Origin: Treponemataceae bacterium
GTDB taxonomy: Bacteria; Spirochaetota; Spirochaetia; Treponematales; Rectinemataceae
DNA length: 64,000 nt
Reading direction: 5' to 3'
NCBI GenBank assembly: GCA_963667725.2
Contig: CAXXHO010000005.1
Coordinates: forward strand, 1,088,001-1,152,000
Under the pieces are notes generated by a model. The model searched no databases. It was not told where the DNA came from and saw only the letters and a program-made list of their open reading frames with translations. The first letter of the stretch is position 1. Every line of letters starts with the position of its first letter. Positions 1-8,071 of this stretch are shown piece after piece. Made by a program: the position numbers and the translations under genes.

Positions 1-238
1 TTCCGCTAATTTCTGCTTTTGGAATGTCAATATCGACGCAAAACAAATAGCAATAGCTTTCTATATTTAGCAAATAGATGCCATATGTTTCATCGCCAGC
101 TAAATGCCGACTAAGATAGAATAAGTCTAATGGCCTAGGTACTGGGCGATAGCCAGAGTCATATTGTTGAGCAAAATAGTCCTCACGCCCCCTGAAAAGT
201 GAAAGATATCGATTAAGATTTTCATTATTGGCTATCAT
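1..238 (-). CDS. 5' part of an archaeo-eukaryotic primase (AEP)-domain protein, AEP-TOTE/CAPP-like; truncated by the window edge
   Basis: Manual translation from ATG at 238 (not in the ORF track): MIANNENLNRYLSLFRGREDYFAQQYDSGYRPVPRPLDLFYLSRHLAGDETYGIYLLNIESYCYLFCVDIDIPKAEISG. The LFRGRxD, YxP, HLxG-x2-TxGIY and CxxxxxDxD pattern matches this AEP clade; DID is the motif-I DxD. The frame is open to position 1. Confidence 0.7.
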   Translation of the reverse strand, partial: MIANNENLNRYLSLFRGREDYFAQQYDSGYRPVPRPLDLFYLSRHLAGDETYGIYLLNIESYCYLFCVDIDIPKAEISG

Positions 239-368
239 AGTCTTTCGCTTATTGTATTTATACAGACGATTACGAGATGCAAGTCGCGAGATAAATTGAC
301 GAAGTAACTTAAGTATCTAGTATTTATCAAGCAGGTCATAGCAGAGCCTCTTGTCTTCATATTTGTAC

Positions 369-3137
369 TTACACCTTAAATACTTTCATAACCTCATCTC
401 CCAAGTGATTGATAACCTTTACTGCGATTCGACCGGTTTTTGGCTTGTCGAAGGAGCGAGAAATATCACTATGGAGAGTGGACCACGCATCTTCGTCGAT
501 TTCAGCCTTGAGCGTAGTTTTTAGGGAGCTGTAGGGGTCGTTGGCACCGAGGAAGTAGGCTTGGCGGACGAAGAAGCTTTCTTCATTGTAGTCGGAATCG
601 ACGAACCAACAGGCTATTCCGTCAGCGCCGTTGGAGACGACTTCGCCTGTCTGGGGCTTGAAGACATCGACACCGTTCACTTTTACTTTGAGCTTGCCAT
701 CGGGCTCGTCGATGAGGTCGATATCGGGTTCGCCAAAGATGACGAAGAGATTGCCTTTGCCTGTGTTCTTGAGATCGTCGGCCATGTGGAGATCGGCGTT
801 CATGCGCGCCTTGAGAACGGGGATACGTCCGAGCTTATTGAACTCTGTACTGTGAGCTTCATAATTAAAGGCACAGGCTATGAGCACATCGAAACCCGAG
901 TCTACCGCCTCCCGGGCGGCGGCGACAAGGTCGGCACGTTGGACGGTACCAAATTCCGGGCCTATAAAAATCGCGGCTCGCTTTTCCGCATTGCCTTCAA
1001 GATAACGCCCTTCCGCGCACACCATCTCGCCAGGCCAAGGATAGAGCGCGGTGAATGTAATCTTGTCTTCTTTATGAGCTTGTTGAACCCCGGCGATTTT
1101 TAGGTTTTCCAGAATCATCTGGGGGAAGGTCTGGGCTACGCCATAATTAAAATTCTTTTCGTTTGAAATATCGATAAGGTCACCATGTTCATCAACGCCA
1201 AGCGTGCGATGCGGACTCAAGGATTCAACGGTGAAAGGTCCGGCCACGCGAACTTTCTTCCTGTCGTCGTAGGGTTTGTCGTAGAGATATTCGAACTCTG
1301 CCTTGGCAGCTATGGATGCGTCGATCTCCTTCTGTCGGGCGATTCGGGCTCGCCACCATTCGGCGTGTATGCTTTTTGTGGATTCTGGCCAGGATGAATC
1401 CGTATCGCGCGGAATTTCCCATTCTTCCCAGCGCAAGGCGAGAGCCACATTTAACTTCTCTCGCAGAGGTTCGAGGATCGCTTGCCACTTATCCCAGATA
1501 ACATCAATCTCTGCATTATTGGCGATCGACTTGAGAGTGATGTGCGGTACACGCTCATAGACGAAACCATGACGGATATTCCCATAGGCGGCTTGCGAAC
1601 GTGGGGCATCGCCGGTGATTTCCGCTTCTTTGAGCTGACCATCACGGGAATCCGCCAGCAGATAGTATGGATATCGCGCGCCCATGATGCGCGCCCTAGC
1701 GAGAGCAAGAGCTACGCGCGAAGTGTCGATAGTGATCCAACGACGGCCCCATTGTTCTGCAACATAAGCTGTAGTACCAGAGCCGCATGTGGGGTCGAGA
1801 ACTAAGTCACCAGGGTCAGAGGCCATAAGAAGGCAGCGTTGAATGACTTTAGGTACAGTTTGAACAACATAGATTCGATCACTTCCTCCACCAGTCGCGA
1901 CATCTGTCCAAGTGTTGTTAAGTTCAAGATATGGATAGTCAGATAAACGTCGAAGATAAGAAATCGAAGCCCCACCAGGAACGAGACGGCTTGCTTTCCC
2001 TAGCCTATATATCCCTTCTGGGCTTGTGCTCCAATAACGACTTCCAGGACCATACTTTTTACCTTGGATAGAAACAACTTCTTTACCGCGTGAATACTCA
2101 TGCGAAGAAGTTAAAATTACTGATCTAGCTAAATCCGCATCAGCTATCACATTTTTCATTTCTCCCGATTCATCATACGAACCATCAAGATGGTAAATGA
2201 ATGGGTACTGCCCTAGCAATTTTTCATCAATTGCTCGATCGATAAAGAGTCGGCGAAACTTGACCTTTTCAATATCCTTCGCATACCAAACCACATAATC
2301 TGCGACATTTTGAATATATTGGCTGCTTCGAGCAGCTGTTTTTTGTAGAGATAATATGCTTATATAGCTTGTCTCTCCGAAAACCTCATCCATCAGCGCC
2401 CTTACACGGTGAACATTTTCATCCCCGATCTGCATGAAAATCGATCCCGAATCCGTAAGTAGGTCCCGTGCGACAGTGAGCCGATCACGCAGGTAGGTGA
2501 GGTAGGAGTGGATGCCATCGCGCCATGTGTCGCGGAAAGCTTTTACTTGCTCGGGCTCACGGGTAATGTGATCGGCATTCCCATCTTTCACGTCGCGGCT
2601 GGTAGTGGACCATTGGAAATTGGAGTTGAATTTGATGCCGTAGGGAGGGTCCATATAGATGCATTGGACTTGTCCGCGCAATCCCTCGCGCTCGGCGAGC
2701 GATGCCATCACCTGGAGGGAGTCGCCCAGGATCATGCGATTGGTCCAATTCTGGTCGTGTTGATAGAATTCCGTTTTGTCCGTGTCTTGTGGAATTCCAT
2801 TGAAGTCCGAGAAGAGGTCGAATTCGCCTTGTGGATCTGACGTTGTGCGGCCTTCTTTGGTTCTTCGTATCAGATCGTCGATAAGCACCTTGGGGTGCAC
2901 TTTCTCCTGGATATACAGGGGTGGGGCCGGTACGACGAGATCGCTCCAGTCCTGTTCGTCCTTTCCGCGCCAGACGAGTTGGGGATCCAGATCGGTATTG
3001 CGAGGATACTTGAGAATTTTCGGCGTCGCCTCTTCCTTCTGGATCATGGCCTGATACTCGGCGGTGGGGATATTCTTTCGTTTATCTTCATCGTGACGAA
3101 TTATTTCTATGGACTTTTCCTTGTTAGCTTTGGCCAC
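369..3137 (-). CDS. mod: Type III-like restriction-modification methyltransferase (Mod), amino-MTase with C-terminal extension
   Basis: 922 aa; catalytic DPPY motif; SAM-binding VLDPTCGSGTT; GTG start with GAGGAG 6 nt upstream; downstream of res. Confidence 0.9.
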   Translation of the reverse strand: MAKANKEKSIEIIRHDEDKRKNIPTAEYQAMIQKEEATPKILKYPRNTDLDPQLVWRGKDEQDWSDLVVPAPPLYIQEKVHPKVLIDDLIRRTKEGRTTSDPQGEFDLFSDFNGIPQDTDKTEFYQHDQNWTNRMILGDSLQVMASLAEREGLRGQVQCIYMDPPYGIKFNSNFQWSTTSRDVKDGNADHITREPEQVKAFRDTWRDGIHSYLTYLRDRLTVARDLLTDSGSIFMQIGDENVHRVRALMDEVFGETSYISILSLQKTAARSSQYIQNVADYVVWYAKDIEKVKFRRLFIDRAIDEKLLGQYPFIYHLDGSYDESGEMKNVIADADLARSVILTSSHEYSRGKEVVSIQGKKYGPGSRYWSTSPEGIYRLGKASRLVPGGASISYLRRLSDYPYLELNNTWTDVATGGGSDRIYVVQTVPKVIQRCLLMASDPGDLVLDPTCGSGTTAYVAEQWGRRWITIDTSRVALALARARIMGARYPYYLLADSRDGQLKEAEITGDAPRSQAAYGNIRHGFVYERVPHITLKSIANNAEIDVIWDKWQAILEPLREKLNVALALRWEEWEIPRDTDSSWPESTKSIHAEWWRARIARQKEIDASIAAKAEFEYLYDKPYDDRKKVRVAGPFTVESLSPHRTLGVDEHGDLIDISNEKNFNYGVAQTFPQMILENLKIAGVQQAHKEDKITFTALYPWPGEMVCAEGRYLEGNAEKRAAIFIGPEFGTVQRADLVAAAREAVDSGFDVLIACAFNYEAHSTEFNKLGRIPVLKARMNADLHMADDLKNTGKGNLFVIFGEPDIDLIDEPDGKLKVKVNGVDVFKPQTGEVVSNGADGIACWFVDSDYNEESFFVRQAYFLGANDPYSSLKTTLKAEIDEDAWSTLHSDISRSFDKPKTGRIAVKVINHLGDEVMKVFKV

Positions 3138-3157
3138 TATAGGCTCCTCGAAGTATC

Positions 3158-3283
3158 AATTGCGACAAAATATTGCGTCAAACTTGCGCAAGTTGTAATA
3201 CCTAATAGTAAATAAAGCTTTTTTATATAATGACATAAAAATGAATAATTGCGTAGAATTGCGAATAATTGCGTAGAATTGCG
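3158..3283. repeat. Intergenic array of (AA)TTGCG motifs
   Basis: AATTGCG at 3247, 3257, 3267 and 3277 (exact 10-bp period; the 20-mer GAATAATTGCGTAGAATTGC is tandemly duplicated at 3243-3282), plus TTGCG at 3160, 3173 and 3184. Confidence 0.85.
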
Positions 3284-3291
3284 TAAAACAA

Positions 3292-4923
3292 TCATTTGAT
3301 ACCTTTATTATTTATGTGCCATCTGGCGGCATTGGTTATACCGCGAACAAAGATGCGGCCTTCTGCCTCTAATTCCAATAAAAGCGAACGCACATGATGA
3401 CGATCAAACGCTGGCAGTACTTGCAGCAACTCAATCATCTTAGCGCCACCAGGCTCGCTTGATTGTATATGCTTGATGAGGAGGGCTTTATTGGTCTCCT
3501 TATCAAGTCCCTTTTTGCGCGTATGGATGCCTTGTTGCCCTACTGCGGCGTAAAGCTTCCTGGAGAGTATCCATGGCCGACCTTTCAATACAGGCGACCT
3601 TTCTAGTAGTCCTAATTCAAACAGCTTTTCTGTTGAGGTTGAATATCTAGCTGGGATTGGCCGACCTGAAAATGCGTGTTGGATAACGATGAAATCAGCA
3701 GTTGAGAAGCTTACTAAATGATCATTGCCAATTTTTTCCAATACTCTTAAAAAGTTAGGCTCTTGAATGGTCCCGTTCAAGGTGATCCAAAAATGGTCTT
3801 GATCGGTGTGAGTGAAATCCGGTTCGCCTTTGCTTTCCCGTATGCACGACTCGTATATGCGATTCATACCTTGGCCTGACCGCTCAACAAGGCCGCAACG
3901 AGCAAAAGAATCTGCTAGTCGCCTATTCCGAGGTAGTTGTTCCCATAAGATGTTTTCCAGAGTGATACCAGGCATGAGCCCGCCTGGATTCACGATTTCT
4001 ATCCGCTCCGGATATTGCCGCACGAAGACTGACGCTCCCGAGCGATAGTCGCGATGGCTCACGGCATTGAGAATCGCTTCCCTGACTGCTCTCTCGTTGA
4101 AGGTCTTGATGTCCCAGATGAAAAGGCCGTCCTGATAGTGTTGGTTCGTGTTGCGCAAATCTATGGATTCCCATAGCTTGTCGTAGTAGGAGAAGAATCC
4201 CTGGCGGAATTCGATTCGCTGCTGAGCTGGACCGGATGCGTCGTTGTGGCGGTATTCAAAAATCACTTCCGCCTGGCTCAAGTGCTGCCCCAACGCTTCA
4301 TGAGTGCCGAAGAGAATCAAAGCCGCGTAGGTGACTTTCCCCTTTATAATGAGTTCGGCATCTGAAAGAAGCTGTTTGGTTGGAACATGTTCTCTTGATT
4401 TGTCGCCGGATTTTTGCGCCCATTGCATCCTGAAATTCTCGATCGCTTTGGCGTCGAGGTCTTCAAGCGATGCTTTGGCGCAGATTTCCGCCGTATAATC
4501 CGGGCCGGCTTCGTCGAATATGCGTTTGAGCATGTCTGCGGACATCGCGGTGAGCGCCGCTCCCGAGCGCATGAGGTAGCGGCCGTTCACATGCAAGGGC
4601 ATTCCTATAGGCCTGGATGGAACATGGAACACGAGTACACGACCCTCGGGGCATAGCACTTCTTCCACATCGATACGCAAGCCAACCTTGGCGATAAGCC
4701 GTTCCTTGATCTTTGCCAGGTCGGCTTCATAGGCGTGGGTGCCGACGATTCGCCGAGGTTTCCTGTCAGTGACGCCGAGTACGATCATGCCGCCACGCTC
4801 GTTCGCGAGAGCCACTGAATACTCGACGAGCATGTCGAAATCGAATGAGGATTCGGCCTTTTTGAACTCGATATGCTCGTCTTCATTTTTCAAGACGAGG
4901 GCAGCGACATCCTTAGCTTCCAA
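3292..4923 (-). CDS. Schlafen/AlbA_2 domain + HATPase_c_4 (RecG-C-like) + C-terminal winged-helix protein
   Basis: N-terminal EDEHIEFKKA...VALANERGGMIVLGVTD (AlbA_2/SLFN-like); central AVREAILNAVSHRDY...NPGG...PRNRRLAD...ERSGQGMNRI; TTG start 2 nt after the res stop. Confidence 0.8.
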   Translation of the reverse strand: MEAKDVAALVLKNEDEHIEFKKAESSFDFDMLVEYSVALANERGGMIVLGVTDRKPRRIVGTHAYEADLAKIKERLIAKVGLRIDVEEVLCPEGRVLVFHVPSRPIGMPLHVNGRYLMRSGAALTAMSADMLKRIFDEAGPDYTAEICAKASLEDLDAKAIENFRMQWAQKSGDKSREHVPTKQLLSDAELIIKGKVTYAALILFGTHEALGQHLSQAEVIFEYRHNDASGPAQQRIEFRQGFFSYYDKLWESIDLRNTNQHYQDGLFIWDIKTFNERAVREAILNAVSHRDYRSGASVFVRQYPERIEIVNPGGLMPGITLENILWEQLPRNRRLADSFARCGLVERSGQGMNRIYESCIRESKGEPDFTHTDQDHFWITLNGTIQEPNFLRVLEKIGNDHLVSFSTADFIVIQHAFSGRPIPARYSTSTEKLFELGLLERSPVLKGRPWILSRKLYAAVGQQGIHTRKKGLDKETNKALLIKHIQSSEPGGAKMIELLQVLPAFDRHHVRSLLLELEAEGRIFVRGITNAARWHINNKGIK

Positions 4924-4925
4924 GA

Positions 4926-7900
4926 CTAAGTCCTTTTCCTTATTCCTATAGACGTTTCGATCATTTTCCCAAACTCATCCTCAACCCTGGCTTTGAAGTC
5001 CGATTCGATCTGGTACACCTCGGTGAACTCGGCGAAGGCCCAGCGGCCATAACCGCCCAGGTTGTTTACGCCGGGAATCCAATAGGTATCCATCGTCGCT
5101 TTTTTCTCCTTGGCGTCCTCGCGGCGGTAGCCTTTTATTTCCACGATAAGGTGGAGAGGATTTTCAAGACCATGTCCATCATCCACAAGCACGATGAAAT
5201 CCGGAAGGTAGTGGCGAGTTTCCGATCCGTAGCGGTAGGGCACTTCAAATCCCATGTTGTGGTTCTTTACATAGGCCAGGACTTTCGGATGAGATTCAGC
5301 TACTCTGCAGAATTCCCCTTCCCACTCCGAATCGAGGACTACCCAGTTGATATGGCAGTGCTTGGAACTGGTTTCCCATAGATTGCTCCTCGATGTATTG
5401 AATCGCACATATCGAGTAGAGCCCGAAGGATTGTAAGGATCGAGCAGGGCTTTAACGGGCCGCTCATTGAGGAATTTCTGCGTTATCGCTGTTGTGATCT
5501 TGTTGCAGGCCATGTCGGCGAGCTCGAGATACATGAGTTGGGCGGGATAGGTCCCGCCAACGCATTCCAAGTAGCCGTCTAACCATTCCTTGACAATTCG
5601 CTTGAGCTGGCCAAAGAGAAACAACCTTGGTTCTTCGCCGGGATCCCTGAATTTCGTGTAGAGGAGACGATGCGTCAAGTTGAAAACAAGCGTGGAAGGA
5701 CGCATGTCGCCCAAGTGCTCCAGGTTCATATCGACGCCTTCGCCGATTATCCCAGAGTCGCGCGTGATGGAAGGCCCGACAAGGTCCGGGCTCAATCTGA
5801 GTATGGAATCTTCGTTAAATGTTGCCGAAAGACGTTCCGCGGGCAATTCCACACGGTAACCTTCGACTCGGGGAAAGCGGATTTCGAGTGCATCACGATC
5901 AGGACATATGGCCTTAACCTGAATTGTTTGACGCGGGGGCTGGGGTGGAGCGATAACGGGCTTGGCCGTGAAGTCGAAGGGAATGCCGAAAACATCGGCA
6001 TATTCGACGTTGAAAAGTTCTTCATCGTTAAGCTCGTACGATTGGCGCCTGAGCGCGCGGCCAATCACTTGCTCGCAGAGGAGCTGGGTGCCGAAAGCCC
6101 GGATGCCGAGGACATGGGTCACCGTGTTGGCGTCCCAGCCTTCGGTGAGCATTGAAACCGAGACCACACAGCGAATATTACCGCCCAGTTGGCCTGGCTT
6201 TCCTACCGTGTTCATGACTTCGCGCAGGAGTTCCTGATCGGTAAGATTGTCGGCGGCCCGGATGTCGCCCGTGCGCTCGATGATTTCGCGGCGGAACCGA
6301 TCGATCTCGTCTTTGGCCATTTTCCGGAAATCTTCGTCCAGGACATCGCCCGCTTCGAGCTGTTCGCTATCTATAAGAATAGTGTTTGGACGGGGCAGGG
6401 GATTGCCGGTCGTCTCATCGAAATTCCTGAAAAGCGAGAGGCGGCCATTCTCCAGGGTGCTGGTGCCATCATCATTGGATCTCTGGAAACCCGAAATGTA
6501 ATCAAACACCAGTTTCGAGATAGAGGTGTTTTGGCAGACAAAAATGAAGCAGGGAGGTACGTCGATTCCCTTCTCTTCCCAGAGTTTGAATGTTTTTTCG
6601 TAGTGTCCATAGAGGGCCTGAATGGCGGTCTGAAGCCGCGTTGGAAGCTTTAGGGGATCGAGATCGCCGCTATGACCGCGCCCTTTTTTAGGCATGTCTT
6701 GTCGAATATTGTCCCAGAGTTTGCGGAACATAGGCATTTCGTCGCCCGGGATATTTTCGGCTATGGGCACGCGCGGCAGTTTGACGATTCCGCACTCGAT
6801 CGCGTCCATGAGAGAGAAATCGCTCATAGTCCATGGAAATAGAGTCCCTTCCGCGTAACCTGAGCCTTGGAGGAAGAAGGGCGTGGCGGAAAGATCGAAG
6901 ACCTTGTTGATGCCCAGTTTCTTGCCTACTACCTCGAGACCGGAGATCCAGAGACGTGCGGCTTCGTTGTTCTTTTCCGCTTCTTTTCTCTCGTCACCTT
7001 TTAGCTTTTCATCATTTCCATTTCTAGGATTTTCTCGATAACAGTGGTGGGCTTCGTCGTTGATGACAAGGATGTTCCCCAATCCCATAAGGTCGGGCAT
7101 GACCCGCTGGAGCATCTGGCCTTCGGTTTCGAGGGTATTCAAATCCTCTCCGAGGCGTCCCTTGAGAAGGGCGCGCCCGCCAGCCGAGAGCTCCACTCGC
7201 TCCCTTCGCTTGAAGGCATGGTAGTTGGTGATGACGATTTTGGCGCGCTTTATATCATCGAGCATATCATTGGGGATGAGTTCACGACTTGCGTAATAGC
7301 TGTCGGGATCGTTGGGCTTAAGGAGGCGCAAGCGATCTTTAATGGTAAGTCCTGGTGTGCATACGAGGAAGCCACGTGTAAAATTCTTGCTTCCTGGCCT
7401 TCGAACCGCATTCACTGTCTGCCAGGCGATGATCATGGCCATTACCGCGGTTTTTCCCGAACCTGTGGCCATCTTGAGGGCGATCCGCAATAGCCCGGGG
7501 TTGGCATCGGCGCTCGCCCTTGAAAGCAGGTCCAGGATCTGCTTTCCCTGTTTGTTTTGCAGGGCGACTTCCGTGAGCCAAATCGCGGTTTCTACCGCTT
7601 CAATTTGGCAGAAAAAGGGACGAATACCTACAAAACGATGACTGCGCCAATGTTTGAGAAGGCGGGCGGTCTCGGGGGTGACTTGCCAGTGGGTTTCAGG
7701 CAAGGCGCGCCACTCGGCGACATATCCGCGCACTTCATTGATAACTGACGTTGGGTCGTACTGCTGCTCTTTAGTAGAAAGACCTCTTCCCTCATCGAAG
7801 ATGATTTCCTGTTGCGCTGCCGCGTCCTTGTGTTTCTTGGGCTTGGGGATCGGCGTGAAGAAGTCCGCGCGTCGGCGCTTCTCAAGGACGCGTTGAGTCG

Positions 7901-7994
7901 GCTGACCTTGGGTATCCAGCTCCCAATGCTTCAGGGGACAGGCATAAGGCGAATTCAGGATGGGGTGGTCGAAGAACGGGTTGGCAAGGCTAAT
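4926..7994 (-). CDS. res: Type III-like restriction endonuclease/helicase (Res), BPTD_3080-like family; probable non-canonical ATT start
   Basis: Walker A KMATGSGKT, NDEAHH, MLTEGWD, QVIGRALRR and C-terminal PD-(D/E)xK (YLPDF...VEIKG). The frame stays open for 87 codons above the ORF-track GTG (7733) and reads ISLANPFFDHPILNSPY...HWELD...TPIPKPKK, which I recognise as this family's N-terminus. ATT at 7994 has AGAGGT 6 nt upstream. Confidence 0.85.
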   Translation of the reverse strand: MSLANPFFDHPILNSPYACPLKHWELDTQGQPTQRVLEKRRRADFFTPIPKPKKHKDAAAQQEIIFDEGRGLSTKEQQYDPTSVINEVRGYVAEWRALPETHWQVTPETARLLKHWRSHRFVGIRPFFCQIEAVETAIWLTEVALQNKQGKQILDLLSRASADANPGLLRIALKMATGSGKTAVMAMIIAWQTVNAVRRPGSKNFTRGFLVCTPGLTIKDRLRLLKPNDPDSYYASRELIPNDMLDDIKRAKIVITNYHAFKRRERVELSAGGRALLKGRLGEDLNTLETEGQMLQRVMPDLMGLGNILVINDEAHHCYRENPRNGNDEKLKGDERKEAEKNNEAARLWISGLEVVGKKLGINKVFDLSATPFFLQGSGYAEGTLFPWTMSDFSLMDAIECGIVKLPRVPIAENIPGDEMPMFRKLWDNIRQDMPKKGRGHSGDLDPLKLPTRLQTAIQALYGHYEKTFKLWEEKGIDVPPCFIFVCQNTSISKLVFDYISGFQRSNDDGTSTLENGRLSLFRNFDETTGNPLPRPNTILIDSEQLEAGDVLDEDFRKMAKDEIDRFRREIIERTGDIRAADNLTDQELLREVMNTVGKPGQLGGNIRCVVSVSMLTEGWDANTVTHVLGIRAFGTQLLCEQVIGRALRRQSYELNDEELFNVEYADVFGIPFDFTAKPVIAPPQPPRQTIQVKAICPDRDALEIRFPRVEGYRVELPAERLSATFNEDSILRLSPDLVGPSITRDSGIIGEGVDMNLEHLGDMRPSTLVFNLTHRLLYTKFRDPGEEPRLFLFGQLKRIVKEWLDGYLECVGGTYPAQLMYLELADMACNKITTAITQKFLNERPVKALLDPYNPSGSTRYVRFNTSRSNLWETSSKHCHINWVVLDSEWEGEFCRVAESHPKVLAYVKNHNMGFEVPYRYGSETRHYLPDFIVLVDDGHGLENPLHLIVEIKGYRREDAKEKKATMDTYWIPGVNNLGGYGRWAFAEFTEVYQIESDFKARVEDEFGKMIETSIGIRKRT

Positions 7995-8029
7995 GGTGTA
8001 ACCTCTTTTATTATTACTTGCAAAATACC

Positions 8030-8058
8030 ATCATAACCCTTGATAGCCGTGCCCGCAA
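8030..8058 (-). promoter_or_regulatory. Sigma70-type promoter of the res operon
   Basis: TTGCGG (8058-8053) - 17 bp - TATGAT (8035-8030) on the minus strand. Confidence 0.55.
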
Positions 8059-8071
8059 GCTAAAAATAGCC

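Noticed and set aside
369..3137. Phase-variable mod (phasevarion)
   Set aside because: I saw no simple-sequence repeat tract or long homopolymer in the gene or its upstream region, and the frame is intact.
3243..3283. Tandem repeat as a possible CRISPR array, given the CAPP-like AEP nearby
   Set aside because: The units are 10/20 bp with no unique spacers, and no cas genes are in the window.
7628..7885. 85-aa ORF suggesting a frameshifted res N-terminus
   Set aside because: The family-like N-terminus is in the same frame as res itself. This ORF is an off-frame shadow, so no frameshift is needed.
1..8071. Island as a defined mobile element (prophage, ICE or IS)
   Set aside because: No integrase, transposase, att repeat or tRNA is visible in the window; only composition and gene content suggest acquisition.
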